Position numbers and translations under genes: made by a program. The notes beneath the pieces are model-generated. The model did not search any database. It was not told where the DNA came from and saw only the letters and a list, made by a program, of their open reading frames with translations. 64,000 nucleotides of DNA, from NCBI GenBank assembly GCA_965113315.1, contig OZ220373.1. The stretch is one strand, 5' to 3'. Within the stretch, counting starts at the first letter, position 1. Each line of letters opens with the position of its first letter. The stretch comes from Podarcis vaucheri. Lineage: Eukaryota. This document shows, one piece after another, positions 50,378 to 63,332 of this stretch.

Positions 50378-50747
50378 GTAAAGGTAAGGAAAAGGTACCC
50401 CTGTCCGTACGGGCCAGTCGTGACCGACTCTAGGGTTGTGCGCTCATCTCACTCAAGAGGCTGGGAGCCGGCGCTGTCTGGAGACACTTCTGGGTCACGT
50501 GGCCAGCGTGACGAAGCTGCACTGGTGAGCCAGCACCCGTGCCGCACACGGAAACACCGTTTACCTTCCCGCTATAAAGCGGTACCTATTTATCTACTTG
50601 CACTTAGGGGTGCTTTCGAACTGCTAGGTGGGCAGGAGCTGGGACCGAACGACGGGAGCTCACCCCACCGTGGGGATTCGAACCGCCGACCTTACGATCA
50701 GCAAGTCCTAGGCACTGAGGTTTTACCCACAGCGCCACCCGCGTCCC
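50378..50747 (-). mobile_element. Sauria SINE
   Basis: Full head-to-tail match to the other copies. Confidence 0.9.
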
Positions 50748-51970
50748 CACCACAAAATCAGGATGGGAGTCAGACCTTTGCTCCCACAGAGCTACAATTC
50801 CCAGCACATTTAATAAACCACAGTTCCCCGTTGAAAGATGTTAAGTGCTTTAAATGTATGCTGTGTATGAACCTTAGTTCACATTTCCCCCATCAGTTCC
50901 CTGCTTTTCAAAAAGGGTTGTACAAAAATTTGCACGCATTTTTGTGTGAATTTGTGTGAATTTCTGTTAATATTCAAGTCATACTTTTGACTTTTGCTCC
51001 ACCCTGGGCAACAAGACCTTGGGCAAGGTGAATGAATAGTATTAATGCCTTGCTCTTTTCAAAAAAGAAAGGCTCGTGTTTCAATGGCCCAGCCTAGTTT
51101 TGTTCAAAATTACTGTCAGAGTTGGGCAATCTTGGTTAACAACTGCCTACTGCTTCCCAGCCATTCAACAGCACTGCACTTTCTTTGGGAAGACACAAAC
51201 CCCATAATCTCCTCCCTTTACTCTGTTGACACTTATTAAGGCTTAGGGTCGCTGCCTTGACGTGGTTGGGATCCGCAGGTGCAAACTTCTCCCAGCTACG
51301 ACTGACTCACCCGCCTTTTCTCATCAGGTTGGGCTGGCTTCCCTTCAGAGATAATCACAGGCCTCATCAACATAATGACTTCCCGCCCCACAATGGCAGT
51401 TTAATGTCAGAGCCTGAGGCAGAGAATCCAAATGGGATCCCCTCCCCATGGCGGAAAAAATATAGTAGTGAATGAGAAAACTGGCAATCTGCTGTCCTTT
51501 CATGACAACTCAGTTTCCTAAGGTGGGCTTCAGCCTTACTCCCAGTAATGGTCCCAGCCATAGGCAAATGGAGAAGGGATGTGTATTTCAGGCTGTGTAC
51601 ATATTCCTGTTTATTCTGCATCCAGCTATCTGGCTATCCAGTTATCTGGCTAGCCAGCTAGCTAGCAAGTTATAAGAAGATAGAACTGGGAATTGTCCCC
51701 TATCTGAACCCTGCAGAGCTGCTGTCAGTCCACATTGGCAGTACCTGAGTTAGGTGGGCTAGGGGGTCTGACTTGCTACAAGGCAGCTTCTTATGTTCCT
51801 ATGCTAACATGCATTTTTGGTTCTTCACTCAGTATGCCAAGATGTATATTTACCCTATTTTTGTGATTGCAAGTTGTTTTAAACTGCTTTTAATGTTGTA
51901 TTTTAAATTATTGTAAGCTTAGGGTAAAGATCTGGGAAATAACAGCAACAGCAGCAGCAACAACAACAAA

Positions 51971-52016
51971 CATACCCCACAACATTTCTCTGGTGAAAAT
52001 AGGGGCAGCCTATTCA

Positions 52017-52056
<40 letters not shown>

Positions 52057-52731
52057 TTTTTTGTTATTTATACCCCACCCATCTGATTGGATTGCCCCAG
52101 CCACTCTGGATGGCTTCCAATGTATATAAAAACATAATAAAACATTAAACATTATGAAACTTTCCTATACAGGGCTGCCTTCAGATGTCTTCTAAAGGTT
52201 GTGTCTTATCGCCTCGGGTTGGGGGTTGCATACCCTCCATACCCTCCAATGCTTCTCTGATGAAAATAGGGACGTCCTAAGGGAAAGCAGGTGGCGCTGT
52301 GGGTAAAACCTCAGCGCCTAGGACTTGCCGATCGCATGGTCAGTGGTTCGAATCCCCGCGGCGGGGTGCGCTCCCGTCGTTCGGTCCCAGCGCCTCCCAA
52401 CCTAGCAGTTCGAAAGCACCTCTGGGTGCAAGTAGATAAATAGGGACCGCTTACCAGCGGGAAGGTAAACGGCGTTCCGTGTGCTGTGCTGGCTCGCCAG
52501 ATACAGCTTGTCACGCTGGCCACGTGACCCAGAAGTGTCTGCGGACAGCGCTGGCTCCCGGCCTATAGAGTGAGATGAGCGCACAACCCTAGAGTCTGGC
52601 AAGACTGGCCCGTACGGGCAGGGGTACCTTTACCCTTACCTTTAAGGGAAAGTAGGAATCAGATCAGAAACCAGGATGGCTTCTGTAAATCTGGGGCTGT
52701 CCCTGGAAAATAGGGACACTCAGAGGGTCTG
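51971..52731. mobile_element. Composite DNA-transposon-like element containing an L2-like tail, (AAT)n and a nested Sauria SINE
   Basis: Ends cataccc..aacatttctc / agagggtctg, homologous to 5726-5920; (aat)n at ~52017-52055. Confidence 0.5.
52288..52642 (+). mobile_element. Sauria SINE (young subfamily)
   Basis: TSD taagggaaag (52278-52287, 52643-52652). Confidence 0.92.
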
Positions 52732-53199
52732 CAGCAACAACAATAGAAAGCACCTACTGTATGTATCTTGGCCTATGGCTCTCTTAAGGAACAGATGCTC
52801 TTGGAAAGACTCAGCAAGCTTTTCCTTCCCTGGAGCGGCTGTGTATGTAAGTATTTCTTGTCTTTTGTCCTTCCTTCGATTTGCAGTCATTGCTTAATAA
52901 GCCACAATACCTCTGGGACAACTTGCCAATGCTTGGTTAATAAGGCCATTTCACATGCTGTGGGTAGACTCTTGGGAGCAACAGAAGCCAAGCGACAAAT
53001 GCAGTAGAAGTATCTTATTGATGACGACAACAACAGCAACAGTGACTGTGGACAATCACTGGTCTTATAATTTACACATGTTTGAGTGTCAACATTCTGA
53101 AAAGCTCAAATAACAACAGTAATAATAATAATAATGATGATGCTGATAACAGTAAATCGGTATCCAACTAATGTGTTCTGTCAGTGCAAGGATTTTTGC

Positions 53200-54190
53200 T
53201 TGTGCAATGGGCTTCCCTCCTCTCCCTGCTACCATGTTTTGTGGGGCCTTCCCAAATCTTCTCTAGAGGGTTTAGGAGCCCCTAGAACAGATTTAAGGAG
53301 ATTTAATGGGAAAAGTCCCATTGTGCAAGCGGATATCGTTGAACGGATGGGACACGTTACTCAGAGCTCCATCTGATACATAGAATGGAATAACATACGT
53401 ATTCACAACCCAAGGGGTGTGGATGCCATTTGGCAGTGAATGTCTAACCTGCTCTGATGTCAGAGTAGATCTGTGCAAGCAGAGAATGCATAGCTCCTCT
53501 GGTTGCTATTGGGAAACTTTAGCTGCTCTGATGTTACAAGGAGCCTTAGAAGTCTTTGGCCAGACAGATGAGTGGTATCTCTCTTTCACTCCCAGTTATC
53601 CAATAATGGGGGAATGTGAGGATCAGAGCCTTTGTTGTCTTTCAGATCCATGATTACAAACACTCATGAACACATACTGAGTTCATTTTCTTCAGCGCAG
53701 TCCCCACACATCCGAGATATCAGGAAGGTGTTCCAAAGCAATGTCCAGCTTCAAGAGAGGTTGATAATTAAACATAAGCAAATATCGATGTCTGGAATGG
53801 ATTCTTCTTGCTTGCCAAGAGTGCTTACAGTTTCTCGTGCTGATTTAGATGTCCTGCTAATGAAGTCCTTGCTGAGTCTTCTTTATGTGACCATTGTTTA
53901 ATGGCAGTCCTGATAATGGGAACTACCAGCGATATATTGCAAGGTAGCTGGATTGTTATTATATGGACTCTTAATTAGACCCTAAATTAAGGTTCTGGAA
54001 TGCTTATGGCTTGTAAATGTACCAGTAGTTAAGGCAATATGGCAAGAGAACTCCATGTTACTAACAGGACTATGAACTTCTGGATGGGCTAGGAAGTAAT
54101 GAACTTTCCGTTCAACTGTTGTCTGACTGCCTTGTTTGATTTTGTGCTGCTGTAGATCAAATAAATTTTGACCCAACTCCCTGGACTATT
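53200..54190 (+). mobile_element. Highly degenerate LINE reverse-transcriptase fragment (RTE-X-like?)
   Basis: Collinear decayed motifs across frames: 'LAALMLQGALEV' (~AAF.DL..AFD), 'EPLLSFRSMITNT', 'GVPKQCPAS' (~GVPQGC.LS), 'LLYVTIV' (~LLYADDIV), 'YQRYIAR*LDCY'. Confidence 0.4.
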
Positions 54191-55409
54191 TCTTTATTCA
54201 TTTTCCTTATATCCCAAGGAAGTTTAAAAGAAAGTAAAACAATCACAGTTAACATCATAAAACATCATATACATAGAAATACAATAAACCACTAGCAATA
54301 CATTTCGCAGGTAATGTTGTTCACGTTAACGTGCCAAAGACCTGCAAAAATAAGTAAGCTTTTAATTGAAATATAAGAGACACCAGTGCTGGGGGTAGTC
54401 AGATAACTAGAGCGAAGGATTTGCTTTGTGTGGTTTCCCCATGGGACACACTTAACAAGGACCCCCAAAACAGGGCCTTTCCAGCTGATATTAAATACTT
54501 CGGCTGATCAGGCATTCATTCATTTTGTTGTTGCGTGACAGTCAAACAGTCTTCTATGTGGGGGGAATTAAATATATGAATCTCTGTGGACTCATGTGTG
54601 TGGGTTAACAACAAAAGAATAGGCTGGGTGACTGGATTCAAAACCCAGGGCTAGCACACAGAGAACCCCAGGAGAGTTTAACTCACAACTAGTGCAGCAG
54701 TACAGCATTAGGAATATAGGTTGTTAAACCTTTTTATCCTGTTCAAATGAACATAGTAGCTGACCTCTTACTAACCCTCTTGTAATGAGCAGAAAACACT
54801 GTTAAGTAAGTTTAAAATGTTTTACTTACAGATTCAAGATCTCAGGCATGCATTATTCCATTCAGCACCAAGAATAATGCAGGCAAAATACTCTTGAGTA
54901 GAAAATACAGAAAGAAGTCCCAGACACATGCTATAAATTTGGGAACAAGCCTGCACATGTCCTCCTTGGTAGATTACATGATGCAGAGAGAGAAAAAGGA
55001 AGTAGAAATGCTTTACTTCCTCTCTGGAGAAGAAGGGGGAGTGACCTAACTGAGTCTCTCTATTAATACAACTCTGTGGTCCTTTACCCCTTCATGCACT
55101 AAGCAGCAGCTGTGCATAATTATGTTTGACTGCAGTCTCCCACATCTTTAACACCATAGTAGTCAAGAACACCACTGAATTACACAATAAAGGGCAGATG
55201 GAGAATTCTGACAACTGTCCAATTTGGTCTGGCAACCGATACTGTGCAGTGGATAGGGTTACCAAACAGTAAAAAAGATTACACTTGTTCCTCAACAGCT
55301 CTGCAGTAGTAAAAATTGGTGTGGATGAAGGGAAGCAGGGCAGAAGCACCAAGCTGGAACCAAGCACAGCTTTAAAAGGGAGAGAAGGCTTTTTCTGATG
55401 GCACCACAT

Positions 55410-55643
55410 AACATGGTGATAAGGCAGTCAGTGGCTGCTAGCTACAATGGCTAGGTTGTATCTCCACTGTTGGAGGTAGTATGCCTATGAAGGCCATTTG
55501 CTGGGAATCACACGTGGGCAGAATGCTGTTGTGCTTGTGTCCTGCTTTTGGGCTTCCCATTGGCCACTGTGAGATCAGGGTGCTTGACTAGATGCTCCAC
55601 TGGTCCAGTCCAGCATGGTTCTTCTTACCTTCTTATGTTCTTC
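55410..55643 (+). mobile_element. CR1-type 3'UTR fragment
   Basis: ggccactgtgag...tgcttgactagatg...ccagcatggttcttctta...cttatgttctt; related pieces near 33300-33435, 41460-41600 (-), 57110-57250 (-) and 58030-58160. Confidence 0.55.
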
Positions 55644-56403
55644 GCTAGTCTGATTCCCTAATCAGGCAGTTCATATGTTCACATGAACCTCCCTCCCCTT
55701 TGGAATCACAGAGAGAAGCAGATGAGGGAAGGAGTCACGTGAGTTACTGGAAGAAACCGTTTCAGCCTTAAATCATGTTCAAAATATCTCAGCCAGACTT
55801 CCCAAAGGGCACTACATAATGCACTTTCTAATTTAATCTCGCTAAGTACCCTTGTGATCTGGAATTGTGCTAGCACTGTGTGCCAAGGCTTCTGCAGAAC
55901 GATAATGAAGCGTGAACTTCTTCAGCGAATAAGACAATGATGGTGCTTCACATATTAATGACATTATTGATTTCTGTACCTTATTATGCCTCTCCTTTTA
56001 ATGTGATCTTTTAAATTTATTTTGGAATTGACTTTCTTTCTGAAGGATGAAGCATTTGCTTCCTGAACTTCTGGAAAAGATTTGTGCCAGGAACAGGTGG
56101 GTTGGTTTTTTTTGGGGGGGGAATAAGGATTTGACTTATTTTATTTGTTACATTTGTAAACCTGCAAACAGTGGTGTACAATAAAATAATAATAATCAAA
56201 GCACTTAACGTATGCTTTCTGATGTATGCATTATTTGTCTTGACTGGAAGTGGAAAATGGCATAACTCCCACGATCAGTGGTCTTTGTGATCTCCAGCCT
56301 TGAGTCAATATGTGGTTGCACTTGTTAAGCCCTTGCTGTCATTAAAGGCCTTGCCATAGGTAGAGTCCAACCAGCAGCTAGTTGGTCAGATGCAGTGACT
56401 ATT

Positions 56404-56754
56404 GGTGGCGCTGTGGTCTAAACCACTGAGCCTCTTGGGCTTGCCGATCAGAAGCTTGGCGGTTTGAATCCCTGTGATGGGGTGAGCTCCCGTTGCTTTG
56501 TCCTACCTCCTGCCAACCTAGCAGTTTGAAAGCATGCCAGTGCAAATAGATAACTAGGTACCACTGCGGTGAGAAGGTAAACAACATTTCCCTGCGCTCT
56601 GGTTTCTGTCACAGTGTCCTGTTGTGCCAGAAGTGGTTTAGTCATGCTGGCCACATGACCCGGAAAGCTGTCTGTGGATAAATGGTGGCTCTCTCAGCCT
56701 GAAAGTTAGATGAGCACTGCAACCCCATAGTTGCCTTTGACTGGACTTCACCTT
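56404..56754 (+). mobile_element. Sauria SINE (older)
   Basis: Head and body match; short TSD actattg. Confidence 0.88.
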
Positions 56755-57253
56755 ACTATTGTTGTTGTCCAGGCAAGGTCCTGACCAAGAAGCCTTTATG
56801 GCCAACCTGGGTGGAAAGAATCACCTTTTGCTACCCAAGTAATACTCTGACCTGTAGTCCCCATGGCTCACCATTAAAAATGAAGGAGAATTTTTACGAA
56901 AACAGAAACGGGTGGAAATTGCTGACATTTGCTTATTCATCCCATGTCCCGAACATAAGTCAATCTAGGGAATAAGATTGGTATTTGCTGCTGCTGTTGC
57001 TTTCAGTCTGCAGATTATATGATTACTGCCCCCCAATTTTCATTGTGTTTCCTTTGTGGTGAAATGAATGGGATAGAATAGCATAACGACAATATGTACA
57101 CATGAACAAAAGAATAGACCCCATGGCTCATCTGGTCTAGCATCCTCATCTAAAAGTGGCCAATCAGATGCCTATGGGAAGCTTGCAAGCAGGACCTGAT
57201 TGCAGCAGCACACTCCTCTCCTGGGGTTTTCAGCAACTGGTATTCAGAGGCAT

Positions 57254-57627
57254 GAGGGGTGCGCTGTGGTCTAAACCGCTGAGCCTCTTGGGCTTGCAGA
57301 TCAGAAGGTTGGCAGTTCGAATCCCCGCAATGGGGTGAGCTCCCGTTGCTCTGTCCCAGCTCCTGCCAACCTAGCAGTTCGAAAGCACACCAGTGTGAGT
57401 AGATAAATAGGTACCACTGAGGTGGGAAAGTAAACAGCGCTTCTGTGTGCTCTGGTTTCCATCATGGTGTTCTGTTGCACCAGAAGCGGTTTAGTCATGC
57501 TGGCCACATGACCGGGAAAGCTGTCTGTGGACAAACACCAGCTCCCTCGGCCTGAAAGCGAGATGAGTGCCGCAACCCCATAGTCACCTTTGACTGGACT
57601 TAACCGTCCAGTGGTCCTTTACCTTTT
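57254..57627 (+). mobile_element. Sauria SINE nested in a CR1-type fragment
   Basis: TSD tattcagagg(c/a)at (57241-57253, 57628-57640). Confidence 0.9.
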
Positions 57628-58980
57628 TATTCAGAGGAATACTGCCTCAAACAAAGGAGGCAGAACATTAGTCTGCAGTAACTCCTGGCAGCCTAGGGGC
57701 AACATTTGACCCTTGTCCTGATGGTATCTAGCTCATCTCTATTCCAGGTTGGAAATGTAAATAATATTCATTGGTGAGTTTCCTCTAGAAGCCTCTGCTG
57801 TGATGGACTTTAGAGATGACCTTGGATGTTCTGATGGGCAGGAGACCTGCCAGGTTCTTCAGCTTGAGGTCCCAGAGTCTTCTTGGTGAAACCTCAGAAC
57901 TTCCATGACTTTTGGAAGTTAGCTGGGAGCGTCTGGACCCTAAGCAGTTGGCCACCAATGGTTTATACCAAGAGTAGCCAATATGGTTCTCTTCAGATGT
58001 CATTGAACTACAACTCCCATCATGCACACAGTGATGCTATTGTGCCTGAATCTTGCTTTTTGGTTTCCCACAGGCATCAACAGTTGGCCACTGTGAGAAC
58101 AGGATCCTGGACGAGTTGGACCACTGGCCTGATCCAGCAGACTCTTTTTTTATGTTCTTATGACCATTGGCTATGGTGTCAGAGGCCAATGGGAACTGTA
58201 GCCTAAGAGCATACAGAGAACACCACGTTGGCTTCCCCTGGTCTATAGAATTATGTCTAGGATATTATTCCTATCACTTAACTGAAGAGTTTAAAACATT
58301 TTAAGGGAGGAAAGCAGTGAATAAATATCTCCAGACCACAAAATAACTCTGATCTAGTGTGACGTTTGAAGTGGTAAAAAAGAAGCGAAGCAGGAAGCAG
58401 CAATCACAGCCATCTGACATATTGTTTTGTTTAGCAGGAAAAGTTATTACTTTGAAATCCCACCATCTTTATTAGCTGAGAGAAATGCCATTAGGCTGAG
58501 AAGAGAGCGAGAGGATTTCAACATCTTTGATTCATCCTTTGTGCCAGTTGTCATCAAGGCTTTCTTGCTGGGTCACCCTATAATGGGGTTCTTCTGAAAT
58601 GTTAATGTTGTTTTATGCTGGAGGGTTCACAGGACTTTTAATTAGCAACAGCCTTTCACATCAGGCAAAGGTTGAGCTTTGTGGTTTGGGTCCTGTTATA
58701 GCTTTGCGAGATGTTTTGACCCTAAGTGGTGACCCTCATTTCCTGGTCTTTCCCTGCAAAGGTCTAACAACTCCAGCGAGAAGACATTTTGGGCTCTTTT
58801 TTCAATTTCTCTTCAGGTTTAGAACTCTTCAGGTTGCAGGCACATTTTAAGCTGTTTGTCTACAGAGTTAGCAACATTTTAAAACAAATGGGTTACAGCA
58901 TCAGACTGCAACCCTGTACTATCTGTTGAAGCCCACTTACTTATTTAAAAAAAAAAATATTTTATTAAGGCTTTTCACAA

Positions 58981-59025
58981 TACAATACAGTGCAATGCAA
59001 TGCAGTGCAGTGCAATGCAATGCAA
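58981..59025. repeat. (TGCAR)n pentanucleotide repeat
   Basis: tacaatacagtgcaatgcaatgcagtgcagtgcaatgcaatgcaa. Confidence 0.85.
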
Positions 59026-59235
59026 CCTACAGGTGGATCTTAACCCTTGTCTCACACAGAAAGAGGTGGATCCTCCAAGCTTTCACCTGGGAGCTTCCCT
59101 TTTGTTTCCCAGCTTCCCAACCTGGGAGATCTTCCCTTTCCTGCACATGGTCCAAACTCCACTTACTTCTTTAGGGAATCCTTGAGCTAGATGGGAATGT
59201 CCATGGCCTTTTAATGCTGTTATAACAGAGTAGGA

Positions 59236-59236
59236 G

Positions 59237-59276
<40 letters not shown>
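59236..59276. repeat. (GTT)n microsatellite
   Basis: Directly visible. Confidence 0.95.
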
Positions 59277-60038
59277 ACTACCATTCTCAGAATGACTTAA
59301 CCATCAATCCCTCTTCACAGGGAATTCTGGGAATTGTAGCTCTGGGAGGGGAACAGGGGTCTCCTAACAATGCTCAGCACCCTTAACAATCTACAGCTCC
59401 CATTATTCTTTGGGAGAAGCCATTCATTTAAAGCATACCTCTTTAATGTATGGCATAATGCGGCATTAAACTACACAATTAAGGATGTGGAAAAATTAGC
59501 ACTTCTCATCTCCATGGCACTTTCACATGTTTCATTCATCTACCAGTCCTGTCCAATTTTCATATTTAAAAAGTCTGCACAAAAATATGCAATTAGAAAT
59601 ATATTTGAATTTGTGTTTTAAAACCTATTTTCTGTTAAATTATGTTCATCTTAATATATGAAAATATATACCTCTTTTTCCCCTCCAAAGGGATTGCTCA
59701 AAGCTGCTTATAAGTATAAAATGGACAATAAACCATCATTAAAAACACAGCCACCTGACTAAAAGCAGCATCAAGAAATGAGGATACATGGAGATAGAAC
59801 TAACAATCAATAAATTAAGCCACAACCAAGGGTTGTATTCAACTATGTCCTATACAGAGTAGCCCCATTGAAATTAATGGTCTTACTTTAGTCATGTTCC
59901 TAAATTTCAACAGGTCTACTCCGAGAATGGGACTACAACCCAGAATAGAAAACCCATTTACAGAAAAAAGTACTCAAGCAGAAATTATGCTTTTCTAAAC
60001 ATATGGTCTTATATCCAGAGAAGGTCTGGTGTAAGTCC

Positions 60039-60290
60039 CCAGTGTGGTGTAGTGGTTAAGAGCGGTGGACTTGTAATCTGGTGAACCGGGTTCAAGTCTC
60101 CGCTCCTCCACCTGCAGCTGCTGGGTGATCTTGGGCTAGTCACGCTTCTTTGAAGTCTCTCAGCCCCACTCACCTCACAGAGTGTTTGTTGTGGGGGAGG
60201 AAGGGAAAGGAGAATGTTAGCTGCTTTGAGACTCCTTATGGTAGTGATAAAGCGGGATATCAAATCTGAACTCCTCCTCCTCTTCTTCTT
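60039..60290 (+). mobile_element. Squam3-type SINE
   Basis: Full-length, (CCT/CTT)n tail. Confidence 0.88.
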
Positions 60291-60414
60291 CCCCAGAAAA
60301 GCACCTTCTGTATGTCAGCCCCACCACTGCTCTTCAATGGGGTGGGCTGTGGTCCAGGGAGACAGGGAGGGAAGAGGAAGAGGGATCACCAGAAACTGGA
60401 CAGAGACTTACTCT

Positions 60415-60578
60415 GAAGCTCAGTGGCAGAGCCGCTGCCTTGCATGCGGAAGGTTCAATCCTTGGCATCTCCAGGTATAGTTTGGAAGGACTGCTGCCTG
60501 AAACTTGAAGAGCAATTCATGTAGACAGTATTGAGATTGATGGCGCGATCATCTGACTTAGTGCAAGGGCTTCCTAAT
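60415..60578 (+). mobile_element. Older tRNA-derived SINE
   Basis: A-box agctcagtggcagag and B-box-like ggttcaatcc; 3' part also seen at ~51685-51800. Confidence 0.6.
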
Positions 60579-61219
60579 GGAGTGCACCAAAAAAAAAGAA
60601 GAAGACATCTGTTACAACATTACAATCAAACTATCTCCCCATCTAAATATAGTAGTTACACGTAGGCTTTTTTAAAAGGAGCCTGGGTATCGGTGAGTGA
60701 GGAGCTTCCTGTGTAGCTGTGAAGCAGACCCAAATGCCATTCGTCAGCTGTGTTTATCTGCCTCACACCCACGTCAAGCACCCTCCACAGGCAAACATCA
60801 AATCCACTCACAGCAGCCTGCAGACCAGCAGTGGATTAAACCTGAGAAGCAGCTGCAGGGAGTTTCATCTTGTTTACAACTGTTCTTTCAAGTCCTGAAC
60901 GTTCCTCTGCTACCCCGATGCCCAACCCCACAAACAGGAGGGTGCCTCTTCTGTTTCTTTTGGACCATGCCTTAGGGGGCTGCTTAGGCATTGCCCCTCC
61001 TCAAAAAGAGCAACGAAAAAAGAAAGAGAGATACACAGATTTGCATGAAATTTGCATGTGCTAATTTATAGAGATTGTTACGTGCCACCCCAATCTCTGA
61101 GCGGTGAAAGAATCCAGAAGTTTCAGCTGCTTACCCAGAGTTCTCTTTTCTTGGAATGAAGGTCGGCAGAGGTGGTTGTGTCAGGCTATATGGTTTTATT
61201 CACACATATATACAACCTG

Positions 61220-61570
61220 GGGACGCGGGTGGTGCTGTGGGGTAAACCACAGAACCTAGGACTTGCCGATCAGAAGGCCGGCGGTTCGAATCCCCGTGAC
61301 GGGGTGAGCTCCCGTTGCTCGGTCCCTGCTCCTGCCAACCTAGCAGTTCTAAAGCACGTCAAAGTGCAAGTAGATAAATATGTACCGCTCCGGCGGGAAG
61401 GCAAACGGTGTTTCCGTGTGCTGCTCTGGTTTCGCCAGAAGCGGCTTAGTCATGCTGGCCACATGACCTGGAAGCTGTACGCTGGCTCCCTCGGCCAATA
61501 AAGCGAGATGAGCGCCGCAACCCCAGAGTCGGCCACGACTGGACCTAATGGTCAGGGGTCCATTTACCTT
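61220..61570 (+). mobile_element. Sauria SINE, full length
   Basis: 13-bp TSD tatatacaacctg (61207-61219, 61571-61583). Confidence 0.92.
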
Positions 61571-62429
61571 TATATACAACCTGAGCCTAACATGGAAGGT
61601 TTCACAGCATTAATACCCTGCAACACACACACCCACACACACACCCACCCACCCACCCACACACACACACACACCAACCAACCAAATCTTGTTTCTTCAT
61701 TAGGTGAAGCTTTGGATCCAGCACAAAGCAAGCATGTCTCTGTCCAGCTCCCAGCCTGCTCCCAGCTCACTCACACACAACAGTCTCCATTGTTCTCCCA
61801 CCTCACTAGGTACAGGACTCCAAGAATTGGAGGTCACTCAGGGCATCACCCAGACTGACTCCACACCAAACCAACAACATCATAGATGCACATCTAGAAA
61901 TAATGACTGTAATTTAAATGGGAAAATAATGCATCAATAAGAGGCAGGCACCTCTGTACAGTTTTCGATACTTGCTAAACACTGTTTTGTTTAGTGAAGC
62001 CTACCCAGATGTGCCATTTTATTACTTATATTTGTTTTCCTTAAACTGTTGATTCTATGCATATTTTGACCAAAAATTATTATGTCTTTTTTAAAGTTGG
62101 ATTTTATGATTATTTTATATTGCTTTATGTATACTGCATAGAGCTTGAGTTGAGTTGAGAGCTTGAGGTTGTTGTTTTTTTATTAAAAAAAGGTAAGTGG
62201 CATATCAACCTTGTTAATAAACAAACAAATATTGCATCTCACCAGAGTGTGGAAAATTGTGAGCAGGTGATCTCCTGTGTGCCTGCTTAGGCTGGTGAGC
62301 AGAAGGTAGGACTATTCACACCCTCCCCCATTCTTGCTTCTTAGGGTTTGCAATCTTTAAACCAGACTTAGAATAGAAACCCCTGCAAATAGAGGACTCC
62401 ATAGAACACTGAAAGCCCTTCCAGTAGAC

Positions 62430-63332
62430 CAGAGATTTTCAACCTTTTTGAGTCTATGGCTCCCTTGACCAGCTACAATCTTTCTGTGGCACCCTTGCGG
62501 GGCTCAGGAGCCCAGTTATGTCACCCCTTGCCTGCAGAGCTGGCAGCCTCTCAAACTTTTTCGAACACCTCGCTTGTGGTGTGTTCTCTCAGCCTCTTCT
62601 CTCCCCTCTCATTGGGAAGAAGAAGAAGAAGAAGAAGAAGAAGAAGAAGAAGAAGAAGAAGAAGAAAAGAGTTTGGATTTGATATCCCGCTTTATCACTA
62701 CCTGAAGGAGTCTCAAAGCGGCTAACATTCTCCTTTCCCTTCCTCCCCCACAACAAACACTCTGTGAGGTGAGTGGGGCTGAGAGACTTCAAAGAAGTGT
62801 GACTGGCCCAAGGTCACCCAGCAGCTGCATGTGGAGGAGCGGAGACGCGAACCCAGTTCACCAGATTACGAGACTACCGCTCTTAACCACTATACCACAC
62901 TGGCTCTGGGAGTCCTCCAGGCAACTGCTGCTGCTGTCCCTGGTCTCTGAGTTGCACTCCCCTGTCCCAAACAGAGGTGCCTCCTCCCATTGCCCCACAG
63001 GGGCCTGGGACGTATCTATCCAAGCCCAACAGCAAGGGCTATAGGACTGGCTGGCTGGGCTCCCTCACCCACTTGCTTGCTTACTCTGAGGCCACCTCAG
63101 CTCCTGACAACCAGCGCCCCCTGGCCAGCCCCAGAGACACCATTCGCCTGGGGAGCTTGTACCCAGGGCTGCTGCAACAAACAGCTGTGTAAGCCTTTGG
63201 CAGGCAGAGACACAAGAGGGCATCAGAGGAGAGAGGGAGGAAAGAGGGACAGAGGTCTATGTTGCCTGTGGCACCCCTGACCATCATTCAAGGCACCCCA
63301 GGGTGCCACGGCACACTGGCTGAAAACCACTG
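62430..63332. mobile_element. hAT-type non-autonomous element with nested SINE
   Basis: Ends cagagattttcaacc / gctgaaaaccactg; 8-bp TSD cagtagac / cagcagac (one mismatch). Confidence 0.75.
62616..62903 (-). mobile_element. Squam3-type SINE with expanded (GAA)n tail
   Basis: About 16 GAA units at 62616-62665, followed by the SINE body. Confidence 0.9.

Noticed and set aside
50000-50959. 319-aa ORF
   Set aside because: Chimeric read-through of a SINE tail, antisense BovB and antisense Sauria SINE.
53200-54190. Endogenous bornavirus-like element (short matches such as GSDPH, QGAL, YGKR)
   Set aside because: Matches are 4-5 aa, on different strands or frames and not convincingly collinear; LINE RT motifs fit better.
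5214-62903. tRNA genes suggested by A/B-box sequences
   Set aside because: All belong to SINE heads followed by SINE bodies and tails; no standalone cloverleaf was seen.
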